Assembly (NCBI GenBank): GCA_034722415.1
Contig: JAYENY010000001.1
Span: 1 to 53,888 of the forward strand
DNA length: 53,888 nt
Source: Patescibacteria group bacterium
GTDB taxonomy: Bacteria > Patescibacteriota > Minisyncoccia > Minisyncoccales > PEYH01
Direction of reading: 5' to 3'
Position numbers and translations under genes: made by a program. Every line of letters begins with the position of its first letter. The first letter of the stretch is position 1. This document shows, piece after piece, positions 9,068-17,211 of this stretch. The notes below the pieces were generated by a model. It was not told the DNA's origin and searched no databases. It was given only the letters and a program-made list of their open reading frames with translations.

Positions 9068-9097
9068 TTGACAAGGTCTATTATATTCGGATAGAAT
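9068..9097 (+). promoter_or_regulatory. Near-consensus sigma70 promoter
   Basis: TTGACA (9068-9073), an 18-nt spacer, then TAGAAT (9092-9097). About 40 nt upstream of the ATG at 9137. Confidence 0.55.
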
Positions 9098-9136
9098 GTA
9101 GTAAAATATACAAAGTAACCAATCCAATCAAGACAG

Positions 9137-9841
9137 ATGAGAGGAAAAATATATACAAAATCAGAAAAGGAAAAGGTTAAACAATTGCTTTTAGCTGGTA
9201 AAACTTATAGCCAAATAAGGGCTATTCTCGGCGTGCCCAAAAGCACTATAAGTACTTGGTTCGGCAAAACGCTTAAAAAACCAATCAATAAAAAGATTAG
9301 GCGGGAACATTTTGATAGAATACAGAAATTAGCTTCGGCAGCGATAAAAAAGAAATGGGAACAAAAACGCAAAGAAGAGATTATCCTGATAAAAACAAGA
9401 ATGGAGGAAGAGTTAAAAAACTACCCATTAAATAATATAAGCGTATATAAATCATTGCTTGCCATGTTATACTGGGCGGAAGGAACAAAAAAAATAGGAC
9501 CACTGACATTTACTAATACTGATCCCAATTTATCATACTTTTATATAACATTACTTAGGAAGTGCTATGTACTTGATGAAAAGAGATTTAGAATATGGTT
9601 GCGTGTTCATTATTACCATTCTATAAAAGACACCAAAAAATTCTGGTCGGAATTGCTTGAAATTCCTGTGGGACAATTTTATAAAATTTCGATAAAAAAA
9701 CGTGGTAAAACAAAAAAATTTAGAAAAAATTTTGCGGGAATCTGTACTATTCGCTATTTAGATAGTAGCATAAGAAAAGAATTGGAAGAAATAGGGTCTA
9801 TTCTGCAGAAAATTATAACAGAAGATGCGCCCGTAGCTTAA
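9137..9841 (+). CDS. HTH-domain protein with a LAGLIDADG-like (homing-endonuclease-type) C-terminal domain
   Basis: Resolvase-type HTH KTYSQIRAILGVPKSTISTWF. LLAMLYWAEGTK...FTNTDP...FWSELLEIPVGQF resembles LAGLIDADG_3-type proteins (from memory, unverified). The last 15 nt overlap tRNA-Arg. Confidence 0.45.
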   Translation: MRGKIYTKSEKEKVKQLLLAGKTYSQIRAILGVPKSTISTWFGKTLKKPINKKIRREHFDRIQKLASAAIKKKWEQKRKEEIILIKTRMEEELKNYPLNNISVYKSLLAMLYWAEGTKKIGPLTFTNTDPNLSYFYITLLRKCYVLDEKRFRIWLRVHYYHSIKDTKKFWSELLEIPVGQFYKISIKKRGKTKKFRKNFAGICTIRYLDSSIRKELEEIGSILQKIITEDAPVA

Positions 9842-9899
9842 TGGACAAAGCATCTGATTGCGGATCAGAAGATTGCAGGTTCGAGTCCTGCCGGGCGCA
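9827..9899 (+). tRNA. tRNA-Arg(GCG)
   Basis: Acceptor GCGCCCG/CGGGCGC, anticodon stem TCTGA/TCAGA with loop TTGCGGA, T-loop TTCGAGT. Confidence 0.85.
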
Positions 9900-9904
9900 C
9901 AAAC

Positions 9905-9921
9905 GGCCAGCCCTGCTGGCC
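9905..9921 (+). terminator. GC-rich hairpin after tRNA-Arg
   Basis: ggccagc-cct-gctggcc (7-bp stem, 3-nt loop) followed by an A/T-rich tract. The U-run is poor. Confidence 0.4.
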
Positions 9922-9982
9922 TAAATTAAAAATTAAAAGTAAAAAATTTAATTCTAAATCTTGATTTTCGTATTTTAAACTC

Positions 9983-12115
9983 ATGCAAATTTCTACTCTT
10001 GTAGGAGAGGTTCCTAAAATCGGACCTATTTACATAAAAAGGTTAAATAAAATAGGGGTCAAAACAATTTATGACCTTTTTTTTCATTTTCCTCATAAAT
10101 ATGATGATTTCTCTAATCTTAAAAAAATCTCTAAAGCAAAAATACATGAACCTGTATGCATTAAAGGAGAAATAGTTTTGATTGAAAATCAAGTAACTTT
10201 TCGAAAAAGATTTTCCATAACAAAAGCTGTTATAAAAGATAATACCGGAACCATGCAAGCCACATGGTTTAATCAGCCATACCTAACTCAATCTCTTAAA
10301 CAGGGAGATACTGTTTGTTTTGCAGGAAAGATAAGCGTAGGGAAAGATGGCTTATACATGTCAAATCCTATCTATGAAAAAACTTGGCCTGGGCACAACC
10401 TAGTTCATACCAATCGGATTGTTCCTGCATACCCAGAAACCAAGGGATTAAGTTCAAAATGGTTAAGATTCATTATTAAGCCATTGCTTGAAGAGTTTAA
10501 AAATCAAATTCCCGAATCTTTGCCAAAAGAATTAATAAAAGATAATAATCTTTTAAGTATCCGAAAAGCAATCTGGGAAATACATTTTCCTAGCTCTGTT
10601 AAAATGATGGAAAAAGCTAAGGAACGATTTGCTTTTGAAGAGCTTTTTATACTTGAACTTTTTGTTTTAAATAAAAAACAAGAATTATCACAACTCGAAA
10701 CAATTCCTATCCCTATAAATCTCGAAACAATTAAAAGATTCGCTAAATCTCTACCGTTTAAATTAACTGATGCCCAAAGAAAATCTTCTTGGCAAATTTT
10801 AAAAGATACAGAACGAGATCAGCCAATGACTCGCCTACTTCAAGGGGATGTTGGTTCTGGAAAAACAGCTGTAGCTACCCTAGCAGCTTTAAATACAATT
10901 AAATCAGGTAGCCAAGTTGCTTTTATGGCTCCAACTGAAATTCTTTCTAGGCAACACTTTCAAACTTTAGCCAATCTTTTGAAAGATTTTAATATTAATA
11001 TTGGATTACTCACCTCTAAAACGGATAAATTTGTTTCTAAAAAATTAAAACGGCAAACTATTGAAATTTCCAGAACAAAGCTTATTGAAAAAACCTTAGA
11101 AGGAGAAATAAATATTCTAATTGGCACCCACTCCTTAATTCAAGATAAAGTTAAATTCCAAAAGCTTGGATTAGTGATAGTTGACGAACAACATCGCTTT
11201 GGAGTAAAACAACGTGCCAAGCTCTGTCAAAAAAAGAATGGCAAATCTAAAAAAATACTGATCCCTCATCTCTTATCTATGACTGCAACCCCGATCCCCC
11301 GAAGCTTAGCTCTAACTGTTTATGGAGATTTAGATTTATCTCTTATTGATGAAATGCCAAAAGGAAAAAGAAAAGTAAAAACTTTAATAGTTCCCCAAAA
11401 AGACAGAAAAAAAACATACGAAGTTATTAAAAAAGAAATTAAAAAGGGAAAACAAATTTTTATCATCTGTCCTAGAATCGAAGAAAAAGAAATTGAAGAT
11501 GGCAAAGAAGATAAGACTGGTTGGTCAGACGTAAAAGCTGTTAAAGAAGAATATAAAAGGTTGTCTGAAAAAATCTTTCCTAAATTTAAGTTAGCAATGC
11601 TCCACGGCAAAATGCCAATTACAGAAAAAGCTCAGATAATGAAAAAGTTCAAGAATGGAAAAATAGATATTTTAGTTTCTACTTCTGTTATTGAGGTAGG
11701 AATCGATATTCCTAACGCCACAGTAATGCTTATTGAAGGAGCAGAAAGATTCGGATTATCACAACTCCATCAATTTAGGGGAAGAATAGGGAGAACAGGA
11801 GAACAGTCTTATTGTTTCCTTTTCTATAACTCCCGTTCAAAAAATGCTATTGCTCGGCTTAAGGCACTTTCTAAAATTGAGAATGGGCTCGAGCTTGCTG
11901 AAAAAGATTTAAAAATTCGCGGCCCAGGTCAATTTTTAGGAACAAAACAATGGGGAATTCCAGACATTGCAATGAATGCGCTAAATGATTTCTCTTTAGT
12001 AGAAACAACAAGGGAAGCGGCTAAAAAAATTCTTTCCTCTGACCCTAAATTAAAAAATCTCCCTGCTTTGAAAAAAAGATTAAGCAAATTTACTAAGACA
12101 ATCCATTTAGAATAA
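9983..12115 (+). CDS. recG: ATP-dependent DNA helicase RecG
   Basis: 710 aa. Wedge/OB N-domain, LTDAQRKS, Walker A GDVGSGKT, DEQHRFG, and helicase C motifs QLHQFRGRIGR. Confidence 0.9.
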   Translation: MQISTLVGEVPKIGPIYIKRLNKIGVKTIYDLFFHFPHKYDDFSNLKKISKAKIHEPVCIKGEIVLIENQVTFRKRFSITKAVIKDNTGTMQATWFNQPYLTQSLKQGDTVCFAGKISVGKDGLYMSNPIYEKTWPGHNLVHTNRIVPAYPETKGLSSKWLRFIIKPLLEEFKNQIPESLPKELIKDNNLLSIRKAIWEIHFPSSVKMMEKAKERFAFEELFILELFVLNKKQELSQLETIPIPINLETIKRFAKSLPFKLTDAQRKSSWQILKDTERDQPMTRLLQGDVGSGKTAVATLAALNTIKSGSQVAFMAPTEILSRQHFQTLANLLKDFNINIGLLTSKTDKFVSKKLKRQTIEISRTKLIEKTLEGEINILIGTHSLIQDKVKFQKLGLVIVDEQHRFGVKQRAKLCQKKNGKSKKILIPHLLSMTATPIPRSLALTVYGDLDLSLIDEMPKGKRKVKTLIVPQKDRKKTYEVIKKEIKKGKQIFIICPRIEEKEIEDGKEDKTGWSDVKAVKEEYKRLSEKIFPKFKLAMLHGKMPITEKAQIMKKFKNGKIDILVSTSVIEVGIDIPNATVMLIEGAERFGLSQLHQFRGRIGRTGEQSYCFLFYNSRSKNAIARLKALSKIENGLELAEKDLKIRGPGQFLGTKQWGIPDIAMNALNDFSLVETTREAAKKILSSDPKLKNLPALKKRLSKFTKTIHLE

Positions 12116-12118
12116 GCC

Positions 12119-12147
12119 TTGTAATAATCAATCTTTCATTATAGAAA
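12119..12147 (+). promoter_or_regulatory. Promoter candidate for the GC-rich orphan gene
   Basis: TTGTAA (12119-24), a 17-nt spacer, then TAGAAA (12142-47). A strong SD, AAGGAGG, lies at 12172-78. Confidence 0.3.
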
Positions 12148-12186
12148 TAGTGTACAGCTATTTTACAATTTAAGGAGGAAAACAAG

Positions 12187-13089
12187 GTGGGACTAATAAC
12201 TTATAAAGATGTTCCTTGTTGGTACAGGCTCTCATGGTTAGCAGAAGCACCGGCTATCCTCTTGAGAATTCATCAAGACATGATGGGAATAATAAGATCT
12301 ATCCAACCTGATGCTCCCATCGTGAAATACTTCCAAAAGGAATTGGAATTAGGCGATTTCACCAATGATACACAAGCAGAATTTGGTTTTAATAAGTCTC
12401 TTGTCGCTGAAGACGAGAATAACTCATTTATTACCCTACGACTTACGCTGCCAGTTTCTAGGCAAGAAATTAGACAAACTTGTTCAGTATGCAGAGGATC
12501 TGATAAAGACCTTTTTGGAAACAAATGTGAATCTTGTGGTGGAAGCGGCGACGAACATAAAGAATACAGAGATAATTGGCAATCCTTATTTGCTGCCTCT
12601 GCGAGCTTAACTATTCTTTTCGGGCAGTTAATTTATTCTAAGAAAGAAACTTCTGCCTCCTTTCCACAGCTCCTTACTATTGAAACGACAACTCATCGTG
12701 GCCTTCATGGAGGAACTCTGGGAGGACGCTACAGTAAAAAACTTGTTGCATGGCTTAGTTCTCTTGGTATAAACGTCCAAATTCCAGAAATGATTCAAGC
12801 GATGAAAATCGCCTACGAACATATGGTCACCCGCGACATCTCAGGTCTTAGAAACCAATTCAAGGCCGTGGTGGCCTATAAAAACGGTTGGCTAAATGTT
12901 AGCTGCCCCGGAAATGCCTGCGGCCTGAATCCTGAACATCATGGCCTAGAGAAAGAAACGGGATACCATTGGGATTGCCATAATGTAGACGGCCCCATAC
13001 AACAACTCACACTCATAGCTGGCCTTGCCGCACTATGCGACAGAGCCACAGAAGATCTAAATCTATTAAAAAGACCTGATTCGAAGTAG
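12187..13089 (+). CDS. Hypothetical protein with a DnaJ-type CxxCxGxG zinc-centre motif pair; GTG start
   Basis: 300 aa. AAGGAGG lies 8 nt upstream of the GTG. CSVCRGSD...CESCGGSG, plus later Cys/His clusters (CPGNACG, HWDCH). I recognise no family. G+C is visibly higher than in neighbouring genes. Confidence 0.6.
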   Translation: MGLITYKDVPCWYRLSWLAEAPAILLRIHQDMMGIIRSIQPDAPIVKYFQKELELGDFTNDTQAEFGFNKSLVAEDENNSFITLRLTLPVSRQEIRQTCSVCRGSDKDLFGNKCESCGGSGDEHKEYRDNWQSLFAASASLTILFGQLIYSKKETSASFPQLLTIETTTHRGLHGGTLGGRYSKKLVAWLSSLGINVQIPEMIQAMKIAYEHMVTRDISGLRNQFKAVVAYKNGWLNVSCPGNACGLNPEHHGLEKETGYHWDCHNVDGPIQQLTLIAGLAALCDRATEDLNLLKRPDSK

Positions 13090-13107
13090 AATCAGGTCTA
13101 TTTTTTT
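13073..13107. terminator. Bidirectional rho-independent terminator between convergent genes
   Basis: Perfect 10-bp stem gacctgattc/gaatcaggtc with a 6-nt loop. T-runs follow on both strands (tattttttt on plus, tttttaa on minus). It overlaps both stop codons. Confidence 0.75.
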
Positions 13108-14659
13108 ATCTATGCTTTGGGGTCGGCCAAAAACCCATATACCTTCCAAATAACCAGCGAGTCTGAGCATCAATCGCTGGCAGAGCAGTGAAAAAAACCA
13201 TTGTTAATGGAAGCAAAAACCATTGTAGTGCGGCGAGAAAAACATTAAATCCTTTCTTCTTTGTGCCAGGCTTTGGCGGAAGTAAATAAAAAGTATAATA
13301 AATAGAGCCAAAAAGACCAATCATAGCCATTGATAAAATTCTTCCGGTTATTCTTGGGAAATTATAGGAAAATAGGGTCTGAGAAAATTCGTGCCCTCCA
13401 ATAAAAATAGGAAGCCAGCCCAAAACAGCCAATAGAATTGACGCACAAGCCCAACTCCAATGACCCTCAATAATTTCAAAAGCTAAAGAAATCTTTCTTT
13501 TTAAAGAGATTTTTTTATTCTTTAAGAAACCGAAAATAAAATAAGGAACTTCTCCAACTCCATAAGCCCACCTTCTCTGCTGTTTATACATATTAATTAA
13601 TGTTCTCCAGAAAGTTGGAGCTACATTAGCGTCCATAGAAATTGAAGTGTGAAGCGGTTCAACTCTATAATCCCCATCAAAAGTTAAAAGACATTGCCAA
13701 AAAATCCTAGAATCTTCTGAAACAACATTTATTTGTTTAAACCCAACATCAACTAAAGCATCAAAAGACATGGAGTGAGATGAAAAAGTAATCAACTTTT
13801 CTGCTCGCTCTTGATTGGTAATATGCCAAAAACTAGAAGAAAAGGAAAATACACGAGAAAGACCAGGTGCCTGCCAAATATTGTTTAAAAATAATGGAAT
13901 AGGCTGAAAACTTGTTCTTGTTGGTTTAGCAGTTGTTAAATAATGATAGGTTAAGCAACTAAAATAATTAGCAGATACAACTGTGTCAATATCAAGAGCT
14001 GAAAAAAGAACCCTTTTGTAACCAATATTTAATTTATCCAAAAGATTTTTCGCTTTTTTTGCAGCCCATGTTTCATTAGAGCCCTTGCCTGCGAGTTCTC
14101 CTGGTAGTCCGAAAGGATGCGTGGTTACTAAAAATTTAAAAAACTTATCTTCAAACTCTTCACGTATGCGTTGTCCCATAATATGAGCTTCTTTTCCGGC
14201 TCTTTCTTCTTGGGCTAAAACAACAATCATTTTCTGTTTAGGATAATCTGTTTTTAATAATGCCTTCACAGATTCTTTCACTAATTCGTATGGCTCTTTA
14301 TACATCGGCAGGATCACCAAATGATAAATATCTTGCCAGTCATTTATTGGTAACCCATTGGAAATATTTTTAATATCCCTTAACTTCTCAAGCCAATCGA
14401 TTGCTTCGCTTTCTTTCATCTTTTTATACCCAGCTTTTAGATGAAAAGAAAAATAAACTGCCCTAGCAAACCAATATGGAACAAAAACTAAAATAAAGAA
14501 AGCCACTATTTTAGGCTTGTAATAAGAGAGTGCAACAGCACCGAAAAGAGTGGCCCATGTTAATAGCCCTGGCAACATCTCTAATAATCGAAACAAGGCC
14601 CTTTCTCTGGGATTTTCTAGGTCCTGAGCATGAGAAATTCTTAAATAATATTTAGACAT
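13106..14659 (-). CDS. Membrane-bound family 2 glycosyltransferase (processive, cellulose/chitin-synthase-like)
   Basis: 517 aa with N- and C-terminal TM bundles, a DID acidic motif and the QxxRW motif (QQRRWAYG). Confidence 0.75.
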   Translation of the reverse strand: MSKYYLRISHAQDLENPRERALFRLLEMLPGLLTWATLFGAVALSYYKPKIVAFFILVFVPYWFARAVYFSFHLKAGYKKMKESEAIDWLEKLRDIKNISNGLPINDWQDIYHLVILPMYKEPYELVKESVKALLKTDYPKQKMIVVLAQEERAGKEAHIMGQRIREEFEDKFFKFLVTTHPFGLPGELAGKGSNETWAAKKAKNLLDKLNIGYKRVLFSALDIDTVVSANYFSCLTYHYLTTAKPTRTSFQPIPLFLNNIWQAPGLSRVFSFSSSFWHITNQERAEKLITFSSHSMSFDALVDVGFKQINVVSEDSRIFWQCLLTFDGDYRVEPLHTSISMDANVAPTFWRTLINMYKQQRRWAYGVGEVPYFIFGFLKNKKISLKRKISLAFEIIEGHWSWACASILLAVLGWLPIFIGGHEFSQTLFSYNFPRITGRILSMAMIGLFGSIYYTFYLLPPKPGTKKKGFNVFLAALQWFLLPLTMVFFTALPAIDAQTRWLFGRYMGFWPTPKHR

Positions 14660-14661
14660 TG

Positions 14662-14733
14662 CGACCCCACGGAGAATCGAACTCCGATTGCTAGGTTGAA
14701 AACCTAGTGTCCTGTCCGTTAGACGATGGGGTC
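14662..14733 (-). tRNA. tRNA-Glu(UUC)
   Basis: Acceptor GACCCCA/TGGGGTC, anticodon stem CTAGG/CCTAG with loop TTTTCAA. Its 3' end is 2 nt from the ATG of the GT2 gene. Confidence 0.85.
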
Positions 14734-14805
14734 TAATAGATTCGTTGCAATATGCAGTATAGGAAAAAATTTGTAAAATTTCAAGAGGGCTGATATGCTA
14801 AGAGA

Positions 14806-15996
14806 ATGAAAATTCTAGCAATTGAAACATCTTGCGATGATTCGTGTATTGCAATAGCAAAATGTTCTGCTGGTAAGTTCGAATTGATTTCTAGCTTAAT
14901 TTCTTCTCAAATTGAAATTCATCGCAAATGGGGAGGAGTATACCCTGCCCTAGCTAGAAGAGAGCACCAAAAAAATCTAACTCCTCTTCTTTCTCAAGTG
15001 CTTAAAAAAGATAATCTTCTTGTAGTTTCAAAATCTAAAATCAAAAATCCTGAGCTTAAAAACTTAAAAAATATTCTTGATCGAGAATTAATTCTTTCAA
15101 AAAAACTTATAGAATTTTTAGATGAGTATGAAGCGCCAAGAATAGACTTAATAGCTGTAACAATCGGTCCCGGACTAGATCCCTGCTTATGGACGGGAGT
15201 AAATTTCGCTAGAGCTCTCTCCTATTGTTGGGATATCCCGATTGTGGGAATAAACCATATCGAAGCTCATGTTTTTGCTAATGATAAACTATCAATAATC
15301 CATGATAAAAAAAATCTTCCTTCTCTTGCTTTAATTGTATCAGGGGGGCACACTCAACTTATACTAATCAAAAAGCCTGGGGATTATAAGATACTTGGAG
15401 AGACAAGAGACGATGCAGCTGGCGAAGCCTTTGATAAAATTGCAAGAATCTTGGGGCTTGATTACCCAGGAGGACCAGCTATTGCCGCAGAGGCTGCAAA
15501 AAAATCTTCTGTTTCATCTCAAGGCTCTAAACAAACAGATAAAATAGTTATAAAAGTACCGCGGCCGATGCTAAATACTAAAGATTATGATTTTAGCTTC
15601 TCTGGACTTAAAACAGCTGTGCTGTATGATTATAAAAAAAGAACAAAAAAGGAACAAAAATCAGAAGCTTATATCCAAGCAATGGCTAGCGAGGCCCAAC
15701 AAGCAATTATCGATGTTCTAATTAAAAAAACTATTAAAGCAGCAAAAGACTATCGGGTTAAATCCATCCTTCTCGGAGGTGGTGTAACTGCCAACAAAGA
15801 ACTCCGTAAACAATTCCAGCAAAAAATTAAAAAAGAAAATTCACGCTTCAAGCTTTACGTTTCTCCTCCAAAATATTGTACTGATAATGCTGCAATGATC
15901 GCTACGACTGCTTGTTTTAAACAAACTGCTAAAAATCAATCTCTTGACAGATGGGAATCCATTAAAGCGATCCCCAATCTTAGAATAAACGATTAA
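14806..15996 (+). CDS. tsaD: tRNA N6-adenosine threonylcarbamoyltransferase TsaD
   Basis: MKILAIETSCDDSCIAI, HIEAH, SGGHTQL and GEAFDK motifs. There is an insertion around residues 225-250. Confidence 0.9.
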   Translation: MKILAIETSCDDSCIAIAKCSAGKFELISSLISSQIEIHRKWGGVYPALARREHQKNLTPLLSQVLKKDNLLVVSKSKIKNPELKNLKNILDRELILSKKLIEFLDEYEAPRIDLIAVTIGPGLDPCLWTGVNFARALSYCWDIPIVGINHIEAHVFANDKLSIIHDKKNLPSLALIVSGGHTQLILIKKPGDYKILGETRDDAAGEAFDKIARILGLDYPGGPAIAAEAAKKSSVSSQGSKQTDKIVIKVPRPMLNTKDYDFSFSGLKTAVLYDYKKRTKKEQKSEAYIQAMASEAQQAIIDVLIKKTIKAAKDYRVKSILLGGGVTANKELRKQFQQKIKKENSRFKLYVSPPKYCTDNAAMIATTACFKQTAKNQSLDRWESIKAIPNLRIND

Positions 15997-16002
15997 CTAT
16001 TT

Positions 16003-16722
16003 ATGAATACTGCTCTTATCCTCGTGATACTAGGTCTAATTCCCAGTGCCATCTGGCTACTTTTTTATCTTAGAAAAGATAAAAGGCCTGAGCCTAATGA
16101 AATGGTAATTAAAATCTTTGTTTATGGGATGGCTGTCACACTTCCCGCTGCCCTAATTGAATGGAGATTTATAGAGGTATTAAAAAATCTAAATCTTTCT
16201 TCTGCAGTAACAACAGCTATCTATTTTTTAGTAGGCGTAGCTTTTGTAGAAGAGCTAGCTAAATATTTAATAATAAAATTCAGGGTATTAAGAGATCATG
16301 AGTTTGATGAACCAGTAGATGCTATGATTTATATGATTATAGTTGGATTGGGTTTTGCTGCCCTAGAAAACATACTCATTCTTTCTTTGCTTAGAGAACC
16401 ATACCTTTTAGAAAAAACCATTTATGCTCTTAGTGGAAGATTTATTGGAGCTACTTTTCTTCATGCGCTTTGCTCAGCTAATATCGGATTTTTCTTGGCA
16501 TTATCTTTGCTTAAAACCAAAAAGCGATTACTCCTTTTATCTCTTGGATTATTTATTTCAACGATCTTGCACGGACTCTTTAATATTGGTATAAAGATGG
16601 AAGGGTGGTATGGAACAGCGATGGTGATTACTATATTGGTTGGATTATTTATCCTTGTTCTATATCAATTTAAAAAAGTAAAAAAACTATTAAGCGTTTG
16701 CAGGGTGCGACGAGTATCCTGA
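16003..16722 (+). CDS. PrsW-family intramembrane metalloprotease
   Basis: 239 aa and polytopic. EELAKY and HALCSANIGF motifs. Confidence 0.7.
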   Translation: MNTALILVILGLIPSAIWLLFYLRKDKRPEPNEMVIKIFVYGMAVTLPAALIEWRFIEVLKNLNLSSAVTTAIYFLVGVAFVEELAKYLIIKFRVLRDHEFDEPVDAMIYMIIVGLGFAALENILILSLLREPYLLEKTIYALSGRFIGATFLHALCSANIGFFLALSLLKTKKRLLLLSLGLFISTILHGLFNIGIKMEGWYGTAMVITILVGLFILVLYQFKKVKKLLSVCRVRRVS

Positions 16723-16738
16723 CCCGCTAATAAAAATT

Positions 16739-17161
16739 ATGGCTATGTTTAAAAGAAAAAAAATTGAAGATTTTTTAACTGACAAAGATGTAGAAAATAA
16801 TCCTGACGAAGAGTGGTTGTCAGACAGCGAGGAAGGAGAATTGACTATTGACGCATACGAAACAGAAAAAGAATTTGTTATTCAATCTACAATAGCAGGA
16901 GTAGAATCCAAAAACCTAGATATATCTATAGAAGATGATATGTTAACGATTAGAGGGAAAAGAAAACGACCTGAAAGCACTGAAAAAAGAAACTATTTTC
17001 AAAAAGAATGTTTTTGGGGATCTTTTTCTAAAAAAATAATTCTTCCGGAAAGAGTTAAAATTACTCAAGCAAAAGCAACGATCAAAAACGGTATTTTGCA
17101 TCTAAAAATTCCTAAAGCAAACAGAAAAACAAGTAAAAAGATAATTATTGAAGATAAATAA
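16739..17161 (+). CDS. Hsp20/alpha-crystallin family small heat-shock protein
   Basis: Alpha-crystallin domain: LTIDAYETEKEFVIQSTIAGV...LTIRGKRK...ILPE...NGILHLKIPK. Confidence 0.85.
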   Translation: MAMFKRKKIEDFLTDKDVENNPDEEWLSDSEEGELTIDAYETEKEFVIQSTIAGVESKNLDISIEDDMLTIRGKRKRPESTEKRNYFQKECFWGSFSKKIILPERVKITQAKATIKNGILHLKIPKANRKTSKKIIIEDK

Positions 17162-17211
17162 GTCTTTCGCTCCTTTTTAAACTATATCGTGGGGCAAGAG
17201 AACCTAATGGA

